Shown one piece after another: positions 11,831-24,534 of a stretch of DNA of 64,000 bases (position 1 is the first letter of the stretch; each line of letters begins with the position of its first letter). The position numbers were made by a program, and so were the translations under genes. Under the pieces are notes generated by a model. The model was not told the origin of the DNA, searched no databases, and worked only from the letters and a program-made list of their open reading frames with translations. The stretch lies in contig NC_087436.1 of the NCBI RefSeq assembly GCF_036321535.1, positions 119,476,001 to 119,540,000 on the forward strand, read 5' to 3'. The stretch is from Camelus dromedarius. Lineage: Eukaryota.

Positions 11831-14800
11831 TGTGTGTACCGTGCCTCCGTTCCAAGGAGCTGAAGCTTGCATGTACCGCGGTGATGCGCCCTTCTCCCTG
11901 CCATTCTTTGTCTGTGATTCCATATAATTTCCTGACAGGGTTGAGTTTTAACGGGCACAGTGGGAGACTGAAGAGACAGAGCCAGCGCATCCTAATTCCT
12001 GTCTCCCAAAATGGGACTGCAGCCTGTCTTCAGATTGAGGTCAGGCCAGGCCTGGCACCCCTCTTAGAGGCCTAAATGGCATTCATTGCCCGAGATCCTC
12101 GGGGGAAGCCTTTGTACGGAGATGAGGCTGTACCCTGTTTGCCCCAGGTCCTAATAAGGTGGTCAAATTGCAGCAGTAACCAGCCTTATTAAAACCCACG
12201 GATCAGTTTCAGTGCATTTCATTCACCAGTACACGTATTAACTTTTGTGTTCTAGGTGTATTGTAAGGAATGTGACAATTAGAAAGGCTTCCTGAGAGTT
12301 GCTGTCCCAAATGCCAGCGTTTCCGGTACCCTAGAGAGCGCAAAGACTTCAAGTATGAGGATCCCTCCTGGGATTCTGGGGGTCCTTCTTACTGTGAGGT
12401 CAGCCTCATTGGTCCCCAAGGCTGCAGTCGTTTGGAAGGCCAAGCATTTGTCAGACCTGGTCAGGCCCCTCTTCCCTGCTAAAAATGGCCACACAAAACA
12501 CATCTCGTCCCAGATTCTAGAACAACGCCCCTCTCTCCGCAAAAGTTGCTTGTTACAAATGACAAAGTGAAACGAGCTGCACACTGGGCACTTCACTGTC
12601 AGTCTTCACAACCATATTAAGTGCCCCTCTTAATGGGAAATACCGCAAAAAGTAGTTTTGTAGTAATACAGTGACAGTAATACTCCCTGTTGTTTTGGGG
12701 GGCACCTGCTATGTGTATTATATTAACTCATTCTTATTTAATAGAGGAGGAAACGGGCTTGGAGGGGTGAAGGGATGACCTCAGGGTCATGCTGCTGGTG
12801 TTGATGGTCTGGAGGTGATGGTTAGACCCAGGCCTGCTGCCAGCCCCCAGTGCTTCCCCTGCAGGGTCCTCAACCTGGGCCCATGTGGTTGCTGTGTTGT
12901 CACTCAAATTGATTCCTGTCAGTCTTTTAATAGGTACCACGTGGTGACCTGCCATGCTTTATTCCAGACGTACCTCTAAAACCCTCTGGTTATTTTAACA
13001 GGCTAATCTTGATGCTGTTGAGTCGAAGGCTTAAGCACAGGTTTTCACTGATGACCCTTTCTCCTTGTCGCTGGCACAGATTCCCAGGAAGCCAGGGGGT
13101 GTTGCTGGCCACATTTGGGTGTAATTAGTTATCTCTTACAGCACTCTTCCAGTTCTGGACGTAGCCCTGACACCTCTCTTGTCGTCTTACCAGGAAGTCT
13201 TCCTTTTCACTGTTTGAGCATCTTGATCTTTTCTCTTCCTCTTAAACAAACGTCTGTCGAGGTAGGCTTCTCTTTTTTTCTTTTTTAACTGGCAGATTTT
13301 CCGCTTAATTTAGGATCTGATGCCGTATCCTCATCTTTAGCGCTGTTCAGATCATGCACACGAGACAGCGCTTGCCATCGGATGTGTCTCACGGGCTCAT
13401 CACACCTCACACTGTTTACTTTCTGGCTCTGCACCAAATCTAGCTGTCCCCCACTCCCACTTGCTCTCGCTCTCGGCTTGTCCCACCAGCGCTGGGTGGC
13501 TTGTTATTGAGACCATAAAATCTAGGACAAAAAGGTTTTGGCTCAGCATCATTCCCCATTTAAAGTGCTCCTGCTAACCCACAAACAGGCCTGCCCACTG
13601 TCATCTCTTGGCTGCTACTTGTACTGTCAGGGTGCCTCTCCCTCATGGTTCCAGCGCAGATCTCCCCTGTCCTTTATCTGCTCGGATGGCACCCTTTATG
13701 AGATGCTTTCTGTGATTCCCTCTAGCCATTAGGCGTCCTGTCCCTGGGGCCCCTGCAGCATGTGGCTTGCCCTCTCGTGGCATTTTTCATTATCTGGCTT
13801 GGTCTCATGGCCTCTGCTGGCATCTTACTGCCCCTACTTAAGTGAGCCCTTCAACTGGGGTCTGCAGTTCTCCTAAAGTGCCAGGCCCCAGGCAGCTGCT
13901 TCACAAATGAGGTCCTTTCCCTCAGGTGGAGCTGAGACTGTTCAGCTGCCCTGGCTTACTGCTTGCTTACTGCTTTTTCCCAAAAGCCCACACCCCACAG
14001 CTTAGCCCCTGGTTGGGTTCAGTAGGTTTGTTTGTTGCTCTCTCTCTGCTGTTGGTCTTATCTTCCCAACAGGATACGAGATAAACTACTCTGGGCAGGG
14101 ACTGTGACCTGTTCTAAATTACTGGCTTGCAAAGTGTTTTTAACACAGCCCCCCACTCCCATCCCCAGTGTTAGACAATTTAGGTTGAGACAGTGCTCGT
14201 AAAGGCGCAGCTGTAACTAGGTATAGAACTGAGACAAACTGTCCTTCCTGTGTAAACTCTGTTTTTTTATTGTTTGATTGAAAAAAAAAAACGCTGTCAT
14301 GACCATGTAAACCGATTTGCCAGTAGAACTTGGAAGGGCCCTGTTCTAAGTTCCCTGTGAGGTTATGCAGGGTGTTGGGATCTGCAGCAGAGGCTTGAGT
14401 GGGCAATTTATACTGATTAGCCCGCACGCAGGGCTTCTGGTGAGCACAGCAGTGAGTGGTAGTGTTACTTGGTTTAAACCAAGAGACTTCCAAACTTGAT
14501 CCCAGGAGGGTCCTGAGAAAACAATGAGTTGTACTGCGGCTAGGACCGGGCTGCCGCTGGCCTGACACCCAGGAAGGAAGGACTCGCGCTTTATGGGCAG
14601 TTACGGCGTGTCGCGTAATCACGGGAGTCTTTGCCCTTCCTCCCGTTTTATAGCAGAGAGAGAAGCAAGATGGCTTGCCTCGGATCAGAGCTAAGACTTA
14701 GAACTAAGTCTTTCTGATCCAAAGCCCCAGCTCCTGCCACATCACATGCGGACCCCAGTGTTGATCATTCATTCACAGCTGAAAGTTGTTTTTACAGAGA

Positions 14801-15939
14801 CTTCTTATCCATCACTGTACCATCCACCTGTGCCCCACTGCCCTGGAAAAAGAGGATCCTTAGAGTGAATAGTCCTCTCTTGTTCCTGAAGTCGGTTTGT
14901 CTGGTCTAGAAGATGAGCTCCGTGCTGAGCCCTCTGGCTAGCTCTTTGAGGACACCTCTGGAGTAGGACCTGTAACAGTTTCCAGTGCCATTCACGTTCT
15001 GAAATGCCATTTACAATTTTGAAAAGGCTTTTCTTGGGATTTCAAGTATGGGCAGGCCAGGTCTCCTTTAATTTTTTTTTTTTAATCATGCAGTGCTCTA
15101 TGTGATTAAAACATAAGCATTTGCTCTGCATCTGCACTTAATTCACTATTACAGGTTTGTGTCATAGTTAAAGCTTTGTTTAGACTTGAGTATGAATGAT
15201 GGAATTAGTCTGGCTCAGGAGTTCCAGTGAGCCTACGGCGAGCAGTGTGGCTGCAGAGCTCGGGTGCTTGGCTTCTGGTCCGGCTCCTCCAGCCCCAGCC
15301 TGGCCTCCGCCTTCCCGGTGGTCTGTGCCGTGGGGAAGTGGGGACGATAGCAGCTCCTCCCTGGGAGGGCCGGTGTAAAGGGGAAGTTGAGCCCGTTTGG
15401 TGTGTGTAAAGCCCTCAGAAAGTGCTTGGCCCTGACCCTCTGAGCTCTAACTGAAGAGACTGACTGCCTTTAAATCACAAATCAAGGCATTTAATTAAGA
15501 TTGCTCCTCCTTTTCCTATCTGTGCAATTGACAGACTTCCCAGGGCCCCTTGATGGTTGTTTGGCCCTAAAGTGTTTTTTCTGCCTTGCACAGTTGTTTC
15601 AGGTCTGGGGGAAGCAGGGCCACCCTGTGCAGAGCGCGTCCTGGGCCCACGGGCCACGCTGACCGCTTCCCAGGCCCTGGCTGCTCCTTAGACAGCCCTC
15701 CCTGGTAGTGCTGTTCCCCTCCTGCAGGTGCGGAAATGCGGCGCAGGGGTTTTCTAAGCCAATGCTTTGGTGGAGGTCGCAGGTGGTTCTGAATTTGCTC
15801 CCAGACCTGTCTGGCTCCATAGGCCTCACTCGGCCTGTGTAGGACTCGGCCTTTTCCCTGTAGAGTTGCACACCTGTTTGAGTGTATCTGCAGTGGGGGG
15901 TGGGGGCAGGGTGGGCCTGCTCGGAGTGGCAGAGTGGGG

Positions 15940-16090
15940 AGTCCTGCAGGCCCAGCTCCTTCCTGACTGTGTACTTGGGGGCAAGTCACTTCACTCTGAA
16001 CTTCAGTGACCCTTCCTGTAGAATCTGGTGACACTTGCCATGGAGGTTGTAGTGGAAACAAAATGAGATGAAGTGTGTAAAGCACACAAG
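15940..16090 (+). mobile_element. MIR SINE fragment
   Basis: tgactgtgtacttgggggcaagtcacttcactctgaacttcagt...aaatgagatgaagtgtgtaaagcac. Confidence 0.7.
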
Positions 16091-17770
16091 AGCAAGTGGG
16101 AACACACGTCACACTCTGGGGCACTTGCCTTGGGGGCTCAGCGTCTTTGGTCTTGGCATGTAGCTCACTAGAACGGAGTCAGCTGGAAGTAGCAGCTTAC
16201 AGGACATTCACTACCAATTCTTGTTAAAATGCATTGTGCCTCAGGCTTTCTCAGCACACAACTTTTTGGTAGATTCCCTATAAAATTTAAGAGTTTACCT
16301 CCAGGTACTAGATGTGACACTTCCTGATGGCTGCTTGGTTCCATGTTGAGTTGCAGCTGAGTGCCTGGCGCATGCAGGTGCTCAGATGTGAGAATGGATG
16401 AAAAAGGGAGTCCATCTTCTCAGCCTTGGGTAAGTGGAGGTCATTTTAGTGTTAATGGAACCATTTTATGTCAGGGTAAACAACGTTAAGACAGCTCACC
16501 TTGTACGTCTGGATGTACAGAAACTGCCCCACCCGCCTGTTTCTCGGTGCACTCCCTTCTCACAGCCTGTGGATTTTGAAGAAATAATTTTTCCTTTTAA
16601 CTTCTTAGAAGCCTGGATAGGCTTCTCCGACTGAGAGAATAATTGCTTGCCAAATCATTTTGCCAGTAACATCTCTCTCGACAACTGGTGTCAATAAAAT
16701 CCATTTAGCGATTCATCACTTCCACCCTGATACTGCTTATATTGTATCTGGAATGGTTATTTAAATCGGAGGATAACTGCTCATTCGTCTGTCTTGTCTT
16801 CCCAGTTAGGTCGCCTTGCCTTAGGAGGGGTCCTGAGTCTTGGTAATAAGCAACAGGAAAATACTGGTTTTTTTATTTTTGCCAAGAGCTGAGGGTGTAC
16901 GCACAGCCACACACAGCCCCCCGCACACAATTTCAGAAACTGGACTCTTTGGCACAGGTTGCTTGGCTCTCCTGGACTCTGCTGGTTGGGTGTTTGGAAT
17001 GTGGGTCACCAGGTGTGACCAAGGGTTTGTGGTTGCAGTCCATAGGAGAAATTAGTGGCCCAGTAGTACAGAGGCAGCTCTTAAGAGTTCCAGGGCATGG
17101 CATGATTATGCAATAGCTTGCAGTGATGGCTTCATAGAAAGATATTAAAGAATTTCTTTTTTGAAGTTTCTGGTTTAAGGAAATTGAACAGCTATAATCA
17201 TTTTCAAGCAAAAAGTTTTCAACCCCTTCCTCATTTCAGACAAAATTTAAAGGGCTAACAAAAATATATAAAACGTTGTGGGATAAAAGGAAATGCATTA
17301 GAAAGTTAGAATGAGAGTGAGTATATGAGATGAAGCCAGGGGGTCAGATGAATGCTAGAATTGACTGTCACTCTGGCTCTGAGCTTCCCAGTGGCCACTG
17401 CAATAATCAGTTAAAATTTACAGTGTCCAGAAGACAGAAAACACACCTCTTACTGGAAGCACCATTGGAGACCTGAGATGATGTTCATGCGCCCTTATAA
17501 AGGGGCAGCTGGGTTGATGAGGTCTTTAGTGACTTCCCTACCAATGTGGGAGGCCCTCGGTCCTCACACAGTGATGGTCTGGGCTGTGGAGCTGTAGGAC
17601 TGCCTTCACTGATAGTTTTTCCTTCTGAAGGGCAAGAAATATTTCAGTGCCTCATCCTCAAAATTGGCTTAAAGGACGTCATAACAAAACAACTTTTTTT
17701 CACTTTCAGAAGGGCGCCGTAATATCAGAATTGGCTGGGCCTGGAATCATCCCTGCTTTCTTTGTCCTAG

Positions 17771-17889
17771 GAATATGACGACAAGGCTGGACGACCTAGC
17801 AGGCCACCCTCTCCAAAGCAGAATGTGAGGAAGAATCTTGATTTCGAGCCGCTTTCCACCACCGCGCTCATCTTGGAAGACAGGCCAGC
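17771..17889 (+). CDS. TBC1D14: TBC1D14 coding exon (~exon 4), [40 protein letters not shown]
   Basis: tcctag| acceptor, |gtgagt donor, 119 nt, phase 0->2; peptide recognised as TBC1D14. Confidence 0.95.
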
Positions 17890-19384
17890 GTGAGTGGGGA
17901 GGCGTCTGTAGAGGGTTTGCTTTGGGGGAGAAGCGTCTTAGCTCATCACCTCCTCATTAGAAAAGGACGCTCATGAGGGGAAGAGGGGTCAGCCTGTCCC
18001 TACTGCGGGGCCCTCGTCCTTCCCTGTGCTGATGTGTGTTCTAGATAATACCAAATGGCTAATTTGGAAAACTTGCCTTAAAGTAGAAGTTTTGACCAGG
18101 ATTTTCCATTCAGGTGATTTTTCATTTTAATTTAGCATTCACAAATACTTAAGGAGCTGTTATTAATTACAGACTGGCTGGTAACTGTAAGAAACACACA
18201 CCAGGAGGTGTCTCTAAGCTGGGCACTTTGGAGGCACCTCAGTACTACAGGACTGCTGCTGTTTTGGGATCTGCAGTGTGGCTGGCTGATCTCAGCAAGT
18301 CCCCTCTCCCTCTGGGCCTCTGGGTTTCCATGGATCTGATGAGGACGTGGATTTTGATGACTGTGTTTGGAGACCTTAGTGGGGTAAAGGGATTGTTCCG
18401 TTGTACCAGGCCATAGCTTATCTCTGTTTAAGTATTGAGTTTCCATAGAACATTACGTTTGAATAGAAAGATTCCACAGCTTTCAAAAAGAGAGAGAGAT
18501 TGTAAAACCTTAGGCTGGAATTCCTAAGGCCCCTGCCAACCCTGACATTTAATATTGGTGAAATCTAAAGAGGAAATGTTTCTTTTGATGATAATTTTTG
18601 TCCTTGGAAATTGTGGGCTTGTGAGTAGTTGGGAAGAGAAACCCAGAAATGGAGGATTAAAAAGGTAGGTAGAGGCTGTGGGTAAAAGCCAGCATACTGT
18701 GAGGACCAGTCCTTGTAAAGCGCTCCAAAACGTAGGCTGTGGGAAACCGTGCCCTGTCCTCCTGCAGCCGGGACAGTCGTCCAGATAGCCCGGGGCACAA
18801 ACAGCCGGACATGGCCACCCTCCCCCTTTCCAAGGGCCTGGCAAATTCCCCAGCACATTTCTGAAAGAGAACATGCACTTTATTTTTCTAAACAGGATAC
18901 GAAGCTGCACACTACGTTTAGATGTCAGAACTATTGTATAAATCTGTATATATATATTAAAGAAAATAAATGAACCACGTAGCAGGTACTTGCACCCTTG
19001 AAAAACTGGCCAGGGAATGTATTCATACGTATATGTGGTGCTTGCCATTCGGGTGCTCTGCTGACGATTATCAGTGCGCTGTGGTCGCAGCAGAGTTTCT
19101 CTGGAGACTGAAGGGGGAAAACACCCACAGGTTAAGTGTTTATCTCTATTGGAATTAGGGGTAATTGCTATTTTCTTCCTTCTGCTAATCTTCATACTTC
19201 AGATTTTTTTAAGTGAGCTTATTTTACTTTTGTAAAAAATATTTTTGGTTTATGAAAGAGCTGCATCTTTGTCATCTAACAAATGTGGTTTTAGTCTTTG
19301 AGCTTTTCATTTTTTTGTAATGATACTTCACATTTCACTTATTTAATATTTACAATGGTGAAAAATCATTTATTTTCTATTAAG

Positions 19385-19467
19385 AAATCTCCCGGCGAAG
19401 CCAGCTGAAGAGGCTCAGAAACACAGGCAACAGTATGAAGAAATGGTGGTTCAGGCCAAAAAACGAG
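19385..19467 (+). CDS. TBC1D14: TBC1D14 coding exon (~exon 5), NLPAKPAEEAQKHRQQYEEMVVQAKKR
   Basis: attaag| acceptor, |gtaatg donor, 83 nt, phase 2->1. Confidence 0.95.
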
Positions 19468-19859
19468 GTAATGGAGTTCACATGTGTTTGGTTACATAAG
19501 GTGGCACAGGATTTTGTGTCTCTCTGGATATTTTCTCTTTTTTACATTTTGACGCTCAAGAACCTGAACTTTGTTGAATGCTTTACTATTTTGATATTTG
19601 TAATTTTCCATCAAAAATGTACGTTTCTACTAACTGTTCATTCCTGGTAGCTTTACGGAAGAGAATAGCACTTTGAATTACCCAAGGAAAGAGACTGCGT
19701 AGGGTAAAAGTCCTAGCTGGAGACGGCCTCGGCCAGTAGTGATGGCCAGATCTCCTTCCCTCTGGGCTGTTTTCCCTGTTTACAGGAAGATGTGGTGGGA
19801 TTTGGTAAAGTGCCTTGCAGCACCTAAAAACCCTTTGCTTCTTGGATGTTTAAAAAGTA

Positions 19860-20270
19860 TGTATAATGAACAAAATGTGGTCCATCCATACAATGGAATA
19901 TTACTCAGCCTTAAAAAGGAATGAAATTCTGACACATGCTACAACATGAAGCTTGAAGACATTATTCTCAGTGAAATAAGCCAGACACAAAAGGACAAAT
20001 ACTGTATGATTCCGCTTATATGAGGTCCCCCAAATAGTCAGATTCATAGAGACAGAAAGTAGAGTGGAGGTTGTCAGGGACTGTGGGGAGGGGGAATGGG
20101 GAACTCAGTGTTTGATGGAGACAGAGTTTGAGTTTGCCAAGATGAAAAAATTCCCGGGATGGATGGTGGTGATGGTTGCATAATAGGGTGGATATACTCA
20201 GTGCTGCTGAATGTACACTTAAAGTGGTAAATTTTATGTTTTGTGTATTGTACCACAAAAAATATTAGAA
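19860..20270 (+). mobile_element. L1 3'-end fragment (L1MA/MB-like)
   Basis: atccatacaatggaatattactcagccttaaaaaggaatgaaattctgacacatgctacaacatg...aaggacaaatactgtatgattcc is the typical L1 3' end. Confidence 0.85.
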
Positions 20271-20744
20271 ATAGAAAAGTATGTATCAATGAAAATGCAT
20301 GGTATTTCTCAGGGTCGCTGTTGTACACTAAGCATTATTCTTAAACAGAAGTGAGGTTGGAGGTTACATTGGAAAGGGGATTGGGTTGGGGGAGCACAAG
20401 AGGGGCTTCTGGTGTTCTGTTAATGTTTTGTCTTCTGACTGCAGTGGTAGTTTCCTGAGTTTGTCTGTTTTGTGATAGCCCTGCTGTGTTCCTATGTGTG
20501 TACTTTTCTGTATGCATGTTACACGGTGTGTATGTTACAAAAAGCTTACTAAAGGATGAATAATGCCTAAGCATTCTGAATTCCCTACGGTATGAAATGA
20601 GTCTTAGAAGGTCAGGTTTCATTGCTCTATTTCAGTGCTGTTTTCCTGGTTTTTTTGCAGCATGACTCTGAGAACCACCCAGCTTGAAATTGGTGGACAT
20701 CAATTAATAGATGTTTTCTTCTTATTTTTACTTGTGATTTCCAG

Positions 20745-20862
20745 AGCTGAAAGAAGCCCAGAGGAGGAAAAAGCAGCTGGAAGAAAGATGCAGATTAGAA
20801 GACAGTATTGGAAATGCTGTCCTTACCTGGAATAATGAGATTTTGCCTAACTGGGAAACAAT
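20745..20862 (+). CDS. TBC1D14: TBC1D14 coding exon (~exon 6), ELKEAQRRKKQLEERCRLEDSIGNAVLTWNNEILPNWETM
   Basis: ttccag| acceptor, |gtaagc donor, 118 nt, phase 1->2. Confidence 0.95.
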
Positions 20863-22906
20863 GTAAGCTGTGACACAGTGGGCTCGCTGGGCTGTAAATC
20901 ACTTCTTGGTAGAATCTATGGGAAGCAGCTGCATTAGTTGTGAATCACATCACAACCTTTGATGGAGTTACCTGATGAGGTTAAGGTGCAGAGGCTCCTT
21001 CCCCTGCCTCGGTTTGGTCTTGTTACACATCCACATACTGTGACAGCCACTCCACCCCCCACACCTTCTAGTTCATGATCTACTCAGCAGCCAGAGGGGT
21101 CTTCTAAGGCACGAATCTGTGTCACTTCCATACTTAAAATTTCAGAAACTTGTGACTCTCAGTGTGAAATGTGAATTGCTTGGCTTAGCTGACAGGACCC
21201 TTTGTGAGCTAGCCCGTCCCTTTCTCTGTAGCCTCACCTTCCTCTCTCCTTTGGACAGAGCCCTGTCCTTAGGGAGCCTCAGGGCCTTTGCACATCTCAT
21301 TCCCTCTACTTAAGAGTGTTCTTGTCCTGTAACTCCTCATCCAGTTAACACTTTGTCCTTCAAGGTTCAGTCCCTTGGAGAAGACTTTGCTGCCCTCGCC
21401 CTGGCTCCAGGTGCCTGTAGAAGACCCCCTCTGAGTACACTGTATCCGTCTGCTCAAGCTTCTATTGCTCTCTGTCTCAGGATGGGCACTGGGTCTGCTT
21501 TGGTGACAACCCCCTCTACCCAGTAGTCTGGCAGCTGCTGTCATCTTTACATCTGAGGGACAGATGTAGATCTTTCTGTGTGGCCAGAACAGTTCGCGTG
21601 TGGACAGCAGTCCCAGGCCGGGCACAGAGGCTTGTGGCTGTTTTGGGGGCTCCCCGGTCTGCAGGAGCTCTGGGGAGCTTGGATGCCGGTTTCCTTTTAG
21701 CTCTTGTCCTTTCAACCTGACCCGTATGTTGGGATGTTGGGGACTTGCTCTAGCACTTGCCTGGGTGTCACTCACTCATTACGGGGCTGGGTGACCCTGT
21801 TGCACATCTGCACTAGGAAAACAAGCTGTTCCCGGAGCCTGGTTTTCTAGGCAGTGTCTCTAATAGGGTGGACGTGGTCAGGAAACACTTCTTCTCGAAC
21901 GGAACTCACTGACAAGAGTTAAGGTCCTCAGAACCCTTGGACTGTCTCCCTGTGTGGCTGCAGACCCCACCCTGGTCCATCCTACGCTGACGGAGGCTTG
22001 ATGTGATCCAGATGCAGGCGGTTGTAAGAGAACTGCCACTTAACAACCCAGCTGGTGCCAGGCACTGTGGCAGGTGCCTTTGGGCTTTATCTGACTTGAC
22101 CCTCACAGCAGCCCCTTGGGGGTGGGGAGGTTCGTCACCTTGGTGTTAGGGAGGAGGATACCGAGTGAGAGGAGAAGTTTGCTTCAGTTCCACAGGTCAG
22201 GGTGCAATGAGGATGCGTCAGCCCATGCCCTCCCACTGTGCTGTGTCAGGAAGCCCTGTGTGGGGAGGCTTTGGAACCTGCATGTTTGTCCCAGTCTGTT
22301 AGCAGTGTGTGCTCATTGTGACCAGCAGACCTCAACGACTGGGCAGCTCAGAGTGTGCTGAGTTAGCTTCCGGCAGCTCATTACCCGAGTCCCTTGCTGT
22401 GTGCAGCAGTGTAGTGGTTGGCGGCCGTGCTCTTGGGCTGCCTTCTCGAGGCCCCTCGGGGTCCGCCCTCACCTGCAGCTGTGCGGCCGTGCCTCCTGGC
22501 GCCCCACCCCGTGCCCAGCTGTTTGCGGCTCCTGTGTCGGCCAGATTATTTCTTGCTGCTGTGCTTTCTGCTCACAAAGTCCTTCCCGCCCTTCATCTGC
22601 TTAAATTGCTACTGGTCGCTCAGAATTTGGCTCCAGAATGGTGCCCTGGGCCCTGTGGTTTGTGGTGCCCGTCTCTGGGTGTGCAGTGCCTTTGGCACCC
22701 CTGTCACAGTAGTTGCCTGGTGGAAGGTAGCCTTGGTCTCCTGGTCTGTATGGACCACTGGACTGTAGGGTGCCTGAGACCAGGGGCTGTGACATACGAC
22801 TGTATACACCCACTTCTGTGGTTTGGGGTTAGGCACGTGGGTGGACAAGCATTTCTTCACTGAGAACAGACTCGTGAACTCCGTTTTTGCTTCCGTTTTT
22901 ATCCAG

Positions 22907-23013
22907 GTGGTGCTCTAGAAAAGTTCGAGATTTATGGTGGCAGGGGATCCCTCCCAGCGTGAGAGGCAAAGTCTGGAGCTTAGCCATTGGCAACGAGTTA
23001 AATATCACCCATG
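22907..23013 (+). CDS. TBC1D14: TBC1D14 coding exon (~exon 7), [35 protein letters not shown] (start of TBC domain)
   Basis: atccag| acceptor, |gtgagt donor, 107 nt, phase 2->1; TBC motif GIPxxxRxxxW. Confidence 0.96.
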
Positions 23014-24399
23014 GTGAGTGGCCTGCGTGATCCTAGGCTTGGGGAATCCAACCCTGGGTCCTGTGGCTTCTCCTGTCCCATCTACCCTGTTAGGAAGAAA
23101 GGCAGCCATTGCCACAAAGCTGTGTCTTTTGAGAGGCCAGATGAGTGTGTCTTCCAGGAGGGGAGTGGGTGGGGAGGCCTGGGTTCACTCCTGGTGCTTC
23201 AGTTTTCTGGTTCAGAGCAAATGCCTGCCTTCTTCCTGATAACTGTCATCTTCCCCGAGTGCACGGGGTAGTACATATGGGTCTCAAAGCATCTCTTCTC
23301 GGTGTCCTGTAGAAAGCAAGCCTCAGTGGGGACATGAAAATGGAAGGGAGGTGGGTGTTTCCTTCTGTGGAGGTCCTGTATTTGGGGCGCTGTTGGTTTT
23401 TTGTGGCATTTTCCTCTCAGGCCTCTCATGTATAAGCGCCTTAGAGGGGACAACACAGTGTGCTCGGACTGGGTCCTTGAGGGTCTAGAACCATGTGTCC
23501 AGAGGGAAGTGAGATGTGTACTTCCCTTCCTGAGGCCCCACCACAGCATTCCCTGGGCTCCTTGCCCTCTCTGCCAGCTGTGGTGCAGGGTGAAACCGAC
23601 ACCAGGAAGTCGCAGACTTACAACTAAGTGCTTAGTAAGTGGGAATCATTGCTTAGTACTGTGTCCTCTGTCTGCAGTCTAAGCTGCCGAGGACAGAAAC
23701 TCCTTAATTGTCTTCTTTATATTAGTGCCCAGTTTGTGGAGTTGTGGAGTTGGTGGTGGCAACTTTTACCCTGTTGAAGGCCTTTGAGCTGAAAATAGAT
23801 TGATGTGTACCTTCCCTGTGTAGCTGGGGTTCATATTGTTACTGTGCTCTTTATTTTATAAGACTTCGATCTTACCCTGTGATTGGAGCCTTGGCTGGCG
23901 GTGTTCTCCATCTTGACTGGTGATAGCTGCTTGGGTGGATGGTGACTGGTTTCTGTTCATGTGATCATCACAAAGTTCCATTTCTTGGCTAATCCATACC
24001 TGCCAAAACCTTAATGTCTTTACATGAGAAGATGTGTATCATTTAACTCGTGGAAATAGGTTTTAACAAGCTTTCCTGGAAGTAGAGGTTTGAAGACATG
24101 GCTGACCATTTGTCTCGGTCCTCGTTCTTGAAAATTTCTAAACTCTCTGTCAGCAGCTCTAAGCCAGTTGAATGTAATGCAGAGTTCTGCATGTGTGTGT
24201 GTGTCTTTAATTTTTGGTTCTCACTGGTGGCTGCACTGATTTTATTTAAATTAAAATCTGTGGACTATATCATAGTACATTGGGTTAAACAACTAATTAA
24301 TCAATTATATGTCTTGAAAGTTTGTCTAAATTTTGATATTGGCTCGTTGTATTTGCATTGTGCCTGTCTTGTGTGGTTGTCTGCCTGTTACCGGTTGCC

Positions 24400-24534
24400 C
24401 CCTAGAACAGGTGCTCTGGACGCTGGGGCCTCACCTGTGACACTCTCTGTTCTGTCGCTGAGCCCAGCACAGCTCTCTGCACCAGGCAGGCCCTCAGGAA
24501 GTGTTTGCTGAATGAATGAATGAATGAATGAATG
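24400..24534 (+). mobile_element. L2 LINE 3' end with (TGAA)n tail
   Basis: caggccctcaggaagtgtttgc followed by tgaatgaatgaatgaatgaatgaatg (24509-24534), the usual L2 terminus. Confidence 0.7.

Noticed and set aside
11226..11990. 254-aa and 182-aa minus-strand ORFs over the internal CpG island
   Set aside because: Arg/Gly/Ala/Pro-rich with no recognisable domain; expected from stop-codon scarcity in GC-rich DNA.
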